This document shows, piece by piece, positions 1 through 12,372 of a stretch of DNA of 64,000 nucleotides. Origin of the DNA: Camelus ferus (taxonomy: Eukaryota); the NCBI RefSeq assembly GCF_009834535.1, contig NC_045707.1, forward strand, positions 48,300,001 through 48,364,000, given 5' to 3'. Made by a program: the position numbers and the translations under genes. Under the pieces are notes generated by a model. That model made no database searches. It was given only the letters and a program-made list of their open reading frames with translations, and had not been told where the DNA came from. Each line of letters begins with the position of its first letter. Positions within the stretch are counted from its first letter, which is position 1.

Positions 1-2254
1 GTCTATTTAAGATTTAGATCAACACAGCATGTAAAACAGATCTGTAAACTGGTTCTGAAAAGTGGTAAATCTCTTTTCAGAAAGATTCAGTGGTTGCTCT
101 AGTGATTTATGATAGGATTAAGGTCTAATGGGACTATTTCTGAGTTGGTCCTGGGAAAGGAGCAAAGGCCAAATCTATGGTCCATTGGGTAATGCTGATC
201 TCTGATATCATGTGGTAAAAATAGCTCCTTCACCCAAGATTTTATCACCTATAGCCTTGCCTTCCTGATCCCTAATCCTATATTCCATGTAGCTACTTGG
301 AAAACATATGCTTGCAAATTAGTTACTCTAAAACAAGACAGCGGTCTGTTAGACCAGTTTACTTAGGTTCACATAATAAGAGTTGAAAAAGTTTAAGTTT
401 CAGCTGAGTTAAAGCATGTAGTTTATCTCTTTGTACCTTAATGGCATGAATTTTATGGATTTTATTTGGAGAAATTATTTATTGGTGGTCATGGAACTAT
501 TTGAAGTTGATGTAAAAATAAGCGGCAAAAAAATTTTACCTTTAAACTTGAATCAAATGAGTTTAATTTGCATGCAACCAAAGTCCCGAAGATTGTGCAC
601 TGCATGCAGCAGCTTTGCCTGACATCAAAGACACTAGAGATCAAAACAAAATCAAGTTCTGAGGAAGCGATTCTCTTATTCTCCTTCTTAATAAGCATGA
701 TTTGTTTTCTCTGTTGGTGTTGGTCATTTCAAGGCAATATCAAAGTCCATGAACACACACAGTGTTTGAGTGACTCCATCTTAACCTCAGAGGCAAGAGT
801 GGTAGTTAATGAAACCGTGGAAACTCTGACATTTGAGGAAGAGCCTGTGATTAGAACCTGAAAACCTGAAGCTGAGAGTGAAGGACCCTTGTTTTGTTTC
901 AGTCTTCCTCTTGCAGGGAAGTGCAATCACTGTCACCAGATTGGATTTATGTTGCAGCATTTCCCCTTCGTTTTCAATGTTTTCGTATGCAATCAACGTG
1001 AAGATTGTTGACTGTCCTTGTTAAGACTGCCTGAGCCGTAGGACAATAAGCTTTTCCATGTCCTGTCATCTGTTGGGTAGGATTGTCCCAGTCTTCTTGC
1101 TTTTAATTCTCAGGGAAGGAAAATTTAGAGCCAATCAAACTGTAAGACCCTGACTGTGTTAAAACCAGGCCAGGGTTGCTTAAGCAGTGCTAACACTTTC
1201 ATAGATCATTTTTTGTGACAAAGATTGAAAGGAGTATAGAAAATAGCACAACAGGCTTCAATTCAAGTGACAAAAGGAAATTGTACAAAGTTTAATCCAT
1301 TCCCATTACAGTCTCAAGATTGTAATCTCCTTGGATGCTGAGCCTAGAGAAGATTTTTTCCCTACAGTATGCATCATCAAGTCGCTTTGGAAGTGGTGCT
1401 GTGGGCCGGAGGGAGGCGGCACAAGTTATATAACATGCAATTTAAGATAATGGCCTTTGAAAAGAAGAAATTAATATAAACAGACGAGGCCAACAAAGCT
1501 TCAGTCATCTAGAAGGTAGTTTCAATCACCACTGACATTAAACAATATCACCCCCACTGAGTCTACACTATGTTTATTATCATTTAATTTCTTGCCCAAA
1601 TCGGCGCTTTCTTATCATGATGTTGCAGGGATAGCAAGCTCTATTATGACTACAATTGGTAAAAAAAAAAATTGCATTCATCTAAGTGAGTAACAAGATA
1701 CAGAAATTGAGCTCTCTTTCTTAACCTTTTGTGACTTTAAATATTCTACCAAAAACATTAGCAAAAATGGAAGCTATAGCGTTTCCATAATTATCACAGC
1801 ACTGTCTTTGTTCTTATAATGATAGAATCCATACTTTCAATTTGGAGTGCTTAATAATAGCAGCTGTCTTGTCTGCTCAACTGTTGGGTTTTAGGGCTCC
1901 TGTAATTATTCATTTTCACTCACTCGACAGTGGGTGTTTCCTTGAAATATTTCAGGCCACATCAGAAGATAAAATTTTAAAATCCTTTGAAGCATTCTGC
2001 TCTATTCAACAATATTGAATTATGCATTAATAAACCAAATTTAATTGATTTGGAAGTGCATAAGCCCTAATTAATACACCTCAATACTAACAACTGATTG
2101 CCACAAATGATCAGCCACACACAAATGCAGGCATGATTGTACTGTTAATGGATGAAGGTCTCTTGGTCCCTAAAACCACACACTTTGCTTTTTTTCACCC
2201 TCTCCCTTGTTATTTCCTTCCGCATATTTTTGCTTCTTGTTTTCCTTCTCCTCT

Positions 2255-2345
2255 TTTTATTTTTAAAAACATTTTATTTTGGACTAATTTTAGATTTACA
2301 GAAGAGTTGCATGGACAGTGCAGAGTCCGCCTTTCATGCAGTCCT
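2255..2345 (-). mobile_element. Old L1 (L1MB/L1MC-type) 3'-end fragment
   Basis: ttttattttggactaattttagatttacagaagagttgca resembles the reverse-complemented 3' terminus of ancient L1M subfamilies. Confidence 0.6.
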
Positions 2346-3693
2346 CCTCTTGTTATTTACTAAAACTTATCAATGGGCAGTTGAAAGGAAAAGAAAAAAC
2401 CCTGGAACCTACCCATGAAAAATGTAAATGGCACTCCATCCTTCTGATATGCATCAAGCTAATTACAGTAATAAATAAAATACGAATATTGGGAATAAGC
2501 AGGGTCAATCACTTCCCATTATTATTTAGTCTAAATGAACAGGTTATTTCATAGTGAGAGATTATAACACATATGCATGTGTTTTGCTACCAACAGCAGT
2601 GTGCTTTATTATGATGAGTGAAAATTATGTTTCTGAGTGTGCTTACATGTGCTGAGAGAGAGGTCAAAAGATGTGGAAGGTCGTTTTATGGGTAAGGCTG
2701 TGGAGATGCTAGAGAAGAGGGGTGCTAGAGGGAGAGAGATTTTTATGATACAACAGGGCACAGAGGTGTGTGTGTAGTGGGGTAGGGGTGGGGGGTAGGT
2801 TTGGGTGAACAGCTATAAGATGCTCTCAGGACATTTATGCTGGGATTTGGAGAATCTTTTAATACTCTTCCATGTAAAAGTATGTGTTCCAGGGATAGTG
2901 CAGAGGTAAGTCCTCACAATGTGCACATAGCACTCACATTTAGTCTCAACAATTCATCCTAATATTTTTTTTAAAAAAACAAAGTACTATACACTTTGTA
3001 CAATTATAATAGTAATGCACATTTTAATTGTATAATTGAAAATGACTAAAATAAACTATCAAATTTTATAAGTCCTTGCCACTATATATATAATTTTGAA
3101 AATTTGTAACAGCAGTAAGAAGAAATGACCTATCATAGAAAACCACTCTGAATAATTTAATGCATTTTATTTGCAATTCATTTTATTCATTTAAAAATTG
3201 TTTGATACAATTATTCTAAATTCTGTTTTGCTGTTGTTTTTGTTTCCTTTTCTCTTGTCTATTAATTTTCATATCCAATTATGAGACTGGGGTTCCAGAT
3301 AGCCCAAAGAAGATGCCATATCTTTTTCTAAGTCATATAAAAATTTTCTAGAAAATACCTCTCACTATGCAGAGGCAAACATGTAGATATAACCACCTGA
3401 AAACATTAAAGAAACAGTTTCAAAGGTAGAAGGTTTCTACGGACTCCCAAGTACACGCTCTGTTCTATTCCTTACTACATGATACATAATTGCTTTTTAA
3501 TTCAATGGAAGAATTCCTGATGCCAAATGTAAACTCTCTTCTCACCTATGCCAGTTTCACCTATAGCTATAGCATTTTTCCCACAGTATCTATATTCATA
3601 TTTCTCAGAAATTATCAACCTTTACTGGTGCATACCTAGCACCACAGTCAATCAAAATATTGACCGAATAAATAAGTTTATCTATGAGGAGGG

Positions 3694-3733
3694 TGTATTA
3701 GTTTTCCAGAGAAACAGAGCCAATAGGAGATAT

Positions 3734-3774
<41 letters not shown>

Positions 3775-4167
3775 AAAATACTTACGATGAGGGATTGGCT
3801 AACCCAATTAAAAAGTCCTATGATCTGCTCTCTGCAAGCTGGAGGCCCAAGATAAATGGAGGCACAGTTCTGGTTGGTCCAAGGCCAAAGGATTGAGAAC
3901 TAGAGAGCCAGTGGTCTAAGTCTAGTCTGAATCTAAAGACCCAAGAACCAGGAGAGCCAGTGTCAGAGGACGGGAGAAGATAGATGTCCCAGCTCAAGGA
4001 GAGAGACCAAATGTGCCCTTCTTCCACCTTTATGTTCTATTCAGGCCCTTGATCTACCAATTCAAATACTAATCTCTTCTGGAAATACCCTCACAGTCAT
4101 ACCCAGAAATGATGTTTCTGGGCATCTCTTAGCCCAGTCAAGGTGACACCTAAATTTAACCATCACA
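3694..4167 (-). mobile_element. MLT2B-like solo LTR (ERVL)
   Basis: Starts tgtattag..ttccagagaaacagagccaatagg and ends cccagtcaaggtgacacctaaatttaaccatcaca (reverse complement of the MLT2 start TGTGATGGTTAA); TG...CA termini. Confidence 0.9.
3735..3773. repeat. (TAGA)n microsatellite inside the MLT2 LTR
   Basis: About 10 perfect TAGA units, read directly. Confidence 0.95.
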
Positions 4168-4672
4168 GAAATTCAGTATTAAACATTGTTCAAAGAAGCT
4201 GAAGCACCGTGACAGACTATTCCAGGATGCCAGGGTTACTAAATTATTCAAAGAACAACGACTGGTCAGGACATCAGTCATGATCTCACTTCATAGCAGT
4301 GCCATTAAAATATTTAAGAAACATCAGTTAATCTATTTATACTTCTTGCTGGCTATGTCTTCAGAGTCAAAACTTACTTTCCCTGGACATTAGAACCACA
4401 GTAAGAATCAGGAACCAGCCTCAAGTCTACTAAATGTTTGGAAGTCCTCCAATGGACATCTGAGTAGTTTGAGGGTAACTATAATGCATAAACATATCCA
4501 TATAAATTTATCTAAATGTAAATGTGAAATCAACACTATGTGGCATTTTAAGGAAAAGATGAGCATATCATGGAATCATACCAAGTAGAGCAGGGTATTG
4601 CAATTCCCAGGGTCAGGAAACCTCTGGCGTTAGTTGGTAAACTATTCTGTGACCTCAAGATAGGCACAGATA

Positions 4673-4760
4673 TAAAATTAAATAAAATAAAATAGTAAAA
4701 TGAAATGAAATAAAGTAAAATAAAAATAAGATAAAACAAAAAATAAAGTAAAATAATAAA
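4673..4760. repeat. Degenerate (TAAAA)n low-complexity tract
   Basis: taaaattaaataaaataaaatagtaaaatgaaatgaaataaagtaaaataaaa... Confidence 0.85.
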
Positions 4761-4879
4761 GCAATTTATATAGCCCAATGTAATTCAGTCAGATCAAAAG
4801 TACAATAATTTGCTAAGAATCTGTGGCTCTCTTTGTCTAAAAGCCCCAAGAATATTTCTCTAAACCAGTGGTTCAGGAT

Positions 4880-5360
4880 ATTCATTTCACCTTAATAAAT
4901 ATCTATTTAGTACTTAAGCTGTGCCAAGAACCATACGTGGTGCTGGAGCTAAAATAGTGAATAAGACAGCAGAGCATGCAGGTCCTTGGAGTTTATCGTC
5001 CAACAGGGAAGCAAGATCGTTAGACATACAATTGTAACGGAAGGTGTTTGTGGTGATGAAGAAGTACCGGATTAAGCGGAGAAACAGCATGGTGCCTATA
5101 ACTGGGGTGTTAGGGAAAACTTTCCAGCCAAAGTGACAGCTAAGCTATGACCTAGACTACAGGTAAGGTTTAGCCCATTAAAGCTGGAACAACAGTATGA
5201 GAAAGGGGAACAACAACAAAAGCAATTAAAGAAAATAAACAAAATTTGGGTAAAAAGAACAGCATATGTAAAAACTGTGGAGATTGAGAGATGTGTGTCT
5301 GTGACCCATATTTTAAGATGCAGAATGGCAAGAGATGAGACTGGAGAGCTAATCAGGCCT
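4880..5360 (-). mobile_element. L2 LINE 3' fragment
   Basis: aataaatatctatttagtac..tgtgccaag..gtgctggagctaaaatagtgaataagacag and gagatgagactggagag match inverted L2 3' landmarks. Confidence 0.75.
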
Positions 5361-5409
5361 TATTTTCCATCAATTCTCTGGGAAGTCAATAGGAAGTATA
5401 AAAAATAAT

Positions 5410-5510
5410 TTAATGTATTTAGGAAATGTGGGTCAGCCCCACAGGACTTCTCAGAGCCTTTACTATGTTAATATGCAGACAGATCTCCAATGTTTATAGT
5501 TCCTGACTTA
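5410..5510. mobile_element. hAT-Charlie (Charlie4-like) fragment
   Basis: acttctcagagcctttactatgttaatatgca..atctccaa resembles a recalled Charlie4 consensus segment. Confidence 0.5.
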
Positions 5511-7217
5511 AATTATTGTCTTGCAACTGTTGTGCTTTTTCTGATGTCTGTAGGAAGTTGGCACTGTGACCACCTCCCTCTTTCTCTTTAACCTGGAGAA
5601 AAAAGTGATACAAGAGAAAGATATCAAATGGGATTTAGGTAGCAGTATATGATTTCTTGGTATATTTCCACTGTCCTGTACCTACAGTGTGTCTCATCCA
5701 CAGTGGAATCCTGACTAATTCCAAAACCTTCATTTTTTTCAATGAGTTATTGGTATGCATAGTCATCTCCACACAAAGTTCACAGTAGACAGAGACCATC
5801 TACCCCCCATAATGATTTTTTTTCCCTCACTCCTAAAGGAGTGTTTTTCTATATTGGGTGCACATTTTAAAGGCTTTGATATATTCTACTACTCCAGAAG
5901 CTTGTTTTATTTGGCAGCCTCCGCTACCCCACTGCAAAATGAATGAATAAGTAAATAAATATATAAATAAATAAGAATACAGGCAGCATGCTCCAAGAAC
6001 TTTTCATCTTCTTGACAGAAAAATCAATGTACAGTGGGTCTGGAAATTGAGACTGCTGAGCTGAATTTTTGTTTACCTTCCAAATAATTCCAATTTCTGC
6101 TGTCATCAAGATGGTAAAAAGAGAGCTTTCCCACGTTCCCATTTCATAAATCTCTTTATGGATCATGACAAGCCTTTTGCAATTATGTTCATTCAAATTC
6201 TAAATTCTGCCCAAATGCAGCTGACAGACTGCAGACAGTTAAGTGTTGGGAATGGTACAAATAAATCCTGTATCTGATAATTATTTATTGATCTGCAAAG
6301 AGCATTTGACTTGGGTCAGTACTAGAACAAAGACACAAAGGTATTCCAAATGTTGAAAGCTAGTAATAATCATATTGAGAACAGTACAGACAGGCGCACC
6401 TCCGTAACATGGGTCAGAGTTGAAATGTTCTTGCTAGAAGAATAAGACTTCCTTCCATTTCAATTTCTTTTGACATATGAATGTTTAAAAATTAGTGGCT
6501 TCTGTTTCCATACCCAAATCCAATTTAAGAAGCTCCTTTAAATATGTTATTATCTCAGCCACTGCACCACAACCTCATGATTGCTGTTGAAAATGTATAA
6601 ATTTATAAATTAAGAATAGAAATTTGTAGTCACTGACTAATCAGTGTTTTTAAAAATTTTATATTAGCAGAAGGTCGATGACAATAACAATCTCCTCAAC
6701 TCTTCCATTCATTTTGCAAGTGGAGATCTGACTTTTGTTTTAAGCAAAGGTTTCTCTGTACAGTCATTGAAACAGTCCTACCCAAAACACATGGTTGAAT
6801 GGTGCCATTACAGTCCCATCTGTTAAGCTGAACTCCACCGACTGGGGGGCCCTTACTTTCCATAAGGTTGGTAAACTTACGTTTATATCTACAGGAACAA
6901 ATCAAAATAACCCATGTACCCTTATCTATCATTAGATCAGTCTCAAACATAAAGGTGCCCAAGGCTTAGCTGATCAGCTTGTTCTTGGTTCTCGTACACA
7001 TTCTCTTCTAATAAGTCTGAATTAGGTTCCAGGATTTTTTTCATTTTTATCAGCATTCAGGTAGTACAAATGCAAGTGCTCCTTCAGCTTAGAGGTTTTT
7101 CATCTTTGTATTCCTGATACCCAACACAGCACCTCATACATTTTAGACTCTTAAAAATTATCTTTTAAACAAAACTAAATTAAAAGAAATGGAAATTTCA
7201 CTGGACAGGAGCATGGC

Positions 7218-7615
7218 TGTCTTAGTCAAAACAGGCTGGATTTGCATCAGGAAGAAATCCCACTGAAGTATCAGTTCTTAACATAACACAGGCCTATGGT
7301 CTGGGCCACTCTCCAAGGGCAGATAGTGTCCTTGAAGCCACTCAGGGATCCAAGCTGACAAAGGCGTTACTATAATGCAACTTTACCTTAGAGCTGCATA
7401 CTCCAGCTGTGGTGACTTCCAAAATCACCATAGAAGGTGATTCCCTATCAATTAAGGATTTGAACTTGGGGTTGAAGCACAGTAGTTTATTCCCGGTCTT
7501 TTGGCCAGAACTAGCATGTGGCCCTACCAAACTGCAAGGTGGCTGGAACGTGTGACATTCCTGTGTCCCCAGAAAGAGAGAACTGATCGTGATGAACCGT
7601 AGGGGTTTCTATCTC
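7218..7615 (-). mobile_element. Old MaLR LTR (MLT1J/K/L-like)
   Basis: cactcagggatccaagctgac, ttggccagaactagcatgtggccctaccaaactgcaagg and ctgtgtccccagaaagagagaac are inverted MLT1K-type landmarks. Confidence 0.75.
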
Positions 7616-8669
7616 TGAGAGTAATGTATGAGTCGTTTTTTCATATGCTTTTATGTGACGTTTTAGGTAATGCTCAAATACCATTTACAGACTCCCCTAC
7701 TCCAGCTCCCCTGTCATGTCCCCCAGTGCAGCTCAACCCATACACACCTACTGTTTTCATGGAAGAGTCCATGAATGACAAGATCACAAAAAAGATATAA
7801 TATCTTTTGTAGACATCCCCACAAAGTCTTACACTCATAAAACATGATATAAATCGTGCTCAAAGATTAAGGCCTGAGTTTTAGAGAGTTAAAAAATGTA
7901 CTCGGAGAATCGAACACACAGCAGAAAAGGTCTCCAAGAGCATGTGTTTGGTGGTTAGCTACCAAACAAAATACTTTCAGATTTAACCCAAATAACGGTT
8001 AATTCTTCCAGGGTTGATGTCAGTATTTTGTGTGCCAAATAACACTGTGGATTGGGAAGCTATTTGAGATGTCTGCAATATGCCCAAAGAATAGGGTTTC
8101 ATGTGTTATCACTGCTATATGGGAGTAGAATAGAGACCCAGTGTACAGTTTTAAAATTTGTCTTAAAAACCTAGTTAAACTAGCTGTTAGTATCAGTCAA
8201 ATAAATATTTTGAAACTGAAACCTGCAAGTTTTTTTGTTACTATATGAAGACGATAAGAACTAGTTATACACTCAGTTTAAAAGCAGTGATTTCCCCCAG
8301 AGTTTTAAGTAAATGGTTAAAAATATTTAAGTATTACAAAAGTAATAGATGCTTTTAAGTAAAGTCAAACAAAACAAATTGAAGGTCTCTTACTTTGTCC
8401 TTTCCAAATCCCAGATGTTGAAACTTTGTTTCTTGATTTAGCTCCTTCCAAACTTTCCATATGTATACAAAAGCACACACATGCAAGCAAACACTAGCCA
8501 CGTACTATATCTTTAGCCACATACTATAAATACATTTTGGTTTCATCTAGTCCTTAAGTAAAATGAAAATAGAGAAGGGTCAATATTTCCTTACTCTTAT
8601 CCCTGGTACCAAACACAGTGTCTAGCACATCATGATGCTTAGTTGATCATCTGATGTACAAATAGACTC

Positions 8670-8920
8670 AAGTTAACAAGACATCTTAGACAGTTTGTGA
8701 TATGAGTCTTATCATTTTTAATGGTGCTGTAGTATTCCATAATATAAATGTGCTATAATATTTTCAACTGTTTTCTATTGATAGATATCTAAGTTTTTTC
8801 TATTCTTTCACTATTATAAACAATTCAGAAATTGTTCACTAGGATGAATATTTCTGTCAGACAGATTCCTGGAAATGGAATGTTTAGCTCAAAGTCATGA
8901 ACATTTTAAATTTTGAGAGA
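8670..8920 (-). mobile_element. L1ME-type fragment
   Basis: catttttaatggtgctgtagtattccataatataaatgtgctataat..gattcctggaaatggaat..tcaaagtcatgaacattttaaattttg. Confidence 0.7.
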
Positions 8921-8929
8921 CCCAAGTGA

Positions 8930-9075
8930 TATGGTTCTTCACCTTTCTGGGAGAATCACAGAACCATTTGACAATCTGATGAAAGTTAATGTACCCTCTT
9001 CCAGTAAATTGTACAAATGTTCTATACAATTTCTGAAGCTTCTAGGCATAACTCCTACATTAAGACTCAATGCTT
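8930..9075. mobile_element. hAT-type MITE, family uncertain
   Basis: tggttcttcacctttct..cacagaaccatttgacaatctgatgaaagtt..accctcttcc resembles Charlie-derived MITEs. Confidence 0.5.
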
Positions 9076-10447
9076 TAGAGTGTTCCATTAACTACCAAGG
9101 TTGATTTTGTCATAAAGGATCTCAACTTTTAGTTACAACATGGTCTGCCAACTTTCCTTCAGAAGACAGACGTTCTCTGAAAGGAGAATTATAAGATCTT
9201 GAAATACTACATCTAATTTGTCCCATGCAAGTTTTAATCTCAGTTTACTCAATTTCAAAGGCAAATACTTCAGTGTCAGTGCACTAGTATGACCATAGGA
9301 GCTTCCACACTCTGTCGCATTAAAATCCCCAGTTAAGCCATGATTTTCTTATTTCCTTCTTGAAATTTCCCTAAGTGCTCTAGCCACAGTGATATTACCA
9401 AATTTTTTAAGAAAAAGGGGAACACAGTCTGTTTCCACTCAGATTGCATCAGGTTGGATTAAGTAAGAACTTGAATATTGCCTAGCCCAAACATAAGAGT
9501 TGCAATAAGTCAGAAAAGGGAAGCACAAGTGAAGACAGTTACTAATGGCTAAGAGAATGCTTGGTCAGCAGACATACCAATGGGGGGACTCAGACCAGCC
9601 CACACCAGGGCATTTGGGTCAAAGTAATTGCTAGTCTATAATTCTGAGTCAAAAAAGAAGCTGTGAAGTACCTGGGACACCAGCATCAGTGTCTCTCCTC
9701 CACACACACACACCCTGATTCTTCTGTTCTCTAAATGAGATCATTTTCCTTAAAAGAACAAATTAAAATTAATTTCAATAATCCTCCTCTCCAATTTCAG
9801 AGAAAACAAAGCCTGAGCTAGAATAAGAGATGTAAGTTTCAGCTGCCTTCAGGAGGAAGGATGCTTCTCTTTAAGGAACTGTGACTAATTTACATAAGAA
9901 AAAGTACTCTTGGTTTACTTAGCTACAGATGATTGAGGCCTTTCTTCACTCACTTCTGAAGGAGGAACATTTGGGTATTGCAGAGAACTGATTCTAACAT
10001 CTTCAGAGAATGGAATCACTTGGCTGGGCTCATTTCCTGGCTTCTGTGTTTTCATAGCACAGAGTTTCAAAGACATGTAAAGCCAACACAGGCTTAAAAT
10101 TCTCAGTCTCTATCAAAACAAATCTGCCATTTCCTGCTTCACTTTTTCAGGGAGGCTTATTACAGTCCTAAATTTGAAACTTGTTAGAAAATAAAATCTA
10201 CACCTGTCTTTAGATCATTCCTAAAAACTAACAGTCTCCTATTTTATAGTAAATGCTATTGTACACAAAGTTAAAATTCATGATTAATATTACTGAGTAA
10301 AAATGTTACCAGACTTGAGTTTTTAAACTAGGAAAGAAAATGTGTATATGTTTTCTCCGACTGCCCTTTAAGAAATCAAACTGAAGTTCAACTCAGGTAG
10401 GAAACAGGTTAATGCCAAAAAATTTTTTAATCCAGACCCTTGTTACA

Positions 10448-10605
10448 CAGAGGGTGTTTTTTGCATCAAGAGTGTCAAAATCACCTGGGAGTTATTAGAA
10501 GTGCAGAATCTGGAGCCCTACTGGAGATCTATCTGTTCTTGATATGCATTTTTACAAGATCCCCGGGTAATTTGTATACACAATAAAGTTTAAGGAACAC
10601 TGATC
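10448..10605. mobile_element. MER5-type hAT MITE
   Basis: aaatcacctgggag..tgcagaatctggagccctac..tgcatttttacaagatccccgggtaatt..aaagtttaaggaacactg. Confidence 0.8.
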
Positions 10606-11129
10606 TAGGCCACCTTTGTGAAGCTACTTAGAGACACAAAGTGTTTCATCCCTTAAAACGCACTATTGTGTGACTAACGCTAGCTACCATGGGTATTTAT
10701 TGTCCTCAAGATTACAGCACTCCAGGTAAATTCACTGAGCAGGACATGTATGGAAGAACACGACCTTGAGGAAATCTAATCAGAAACAGAAAGTCAAAAA
10801 GTCAAGTTCTTCATGGCCATGTTAAGATCCTTGTGCAGAAAACATTACTGCAGAATGACCAAATAAGGATAAGAGTATGATTCAATTCAAACCAGAAGCT
10901 TTAGCTGCAAAAACAAACAACTAAAAAAAAAATGAAGGGCTCAAAATAATGAATAAAAACAGGCTCGCTTTGTTTTACATTATACATTTATATTGATAAT
11001 TTAACTAATTATTAATTAAAATTAGTCTTTAATAACTTTTTAACTTTAGTCCCCAAATAATACTATTTTTTGTTGTTGTTCTTTATCATTCTTTCTTAAT
11101 AGAGGCTCTGAGAAGCAATACTAAAACTT

Positions 11130-11410
11130 TGTTCATATATTCAATAAATATCATAAAATACCAGATACTGCTTTAGGTATTTAAGATACAATTAGTAAAG
11201 AAAAAAAAATGTCTACCTTTGTAATGCTTGCATTCTTATGTGGAAACATCAGCAATACATACCAAGAAGAAGTAAACTGTATAGTAGGTTGGAAGCGATA
11301 AGTGCTATAAAGAGCAGGGCTGAAAGTGGGTAGAGGGTTGCCAGGACAACCAGTTGTGGAGATACCACTGAGCAAAACTTGAAGGAAATGAGAAAAATAG
11401 GAGAAAGTAG
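11130..11410 (-). mobile_element. L2a 3' fragment
   Basis: ttcatatattcaataaatat..ccagatactgctttaggtatttaagataca..gataagtgctat..tgagcaaaacttgaagga. Confidence 0.75.
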
Positions 11411-11471
11411 AGGAAGGTCTAATGTTTTGGCCAGTGAATGATAAATATAAATATCTTCCATATATTTACTA

Positions 11472-12322
11472 TTTTTCTTTTTTTCTTCCACTTTTATTGA
11501 GATATAATTGACATATAGCACTATATAAGTTAAAGGTGTACAGTGTGATGATTTGATTTACATGCATCATGAGATGATTATGGCAATGAGTGAAAATTCA
11601 TCTCATATAAAAAGGAAATAAGAATATTTTTTCCTTATGATGAGAACTCTTAGGATTTACTCTCTTAATAACTTTTATATGTAACATACAGCAATGTTAA
11701 ATATATCAATCATGTTGTACATTACATCCCTAGTACTTATTTATCTTGTAACTGGAAATTTGTACCTTTTGAACACTTTCATCCAATCCCCTTTCCCCTC
11801 ACCTGCTGCCTCTTTTAACCACAAATCTGATCTTTTTTCATGAGTTTGTTCGTTTTTGAAGTATAAATGACCTACAGCACTATGTTTGTTCCTGGAGCAC
11901 AGCATTTTAATTCAATATTTATCCATATTATAAAATGATCACCGCAGTAAGTCTAGTTAAGATCTGTCACCATACAAAGATATCACATTATTATTGGCTA
12001 TATTTCCCATACTGTACATTTCATGTCTCTGATTCATTTATTTTTTAACTGAAGGTTTGTAAACGCCTCTAATTTTCCTCATTTATTTCCCTCATTCTTC
12101 AATTCTCCTCCCCTCTAGCAACCACCTGTTTGTTCTCTGTATGTATGACTCAGATTCTGTTTTATGTTCATTCATTTTGTTTTTTAATTCCATATATAAG
12201 TGAAATCATGCAATTTTTGTCTTTTTCTGTCTGACTTATTTCATTCAGTATAATACCTCTAGGTCTACCACATTGTTGCAAATGGCAAAATCTCACTCTT
12301 TTATGGTTGAGTAATATTCCAT

Positions 12323-12372
<50 letters not shown>

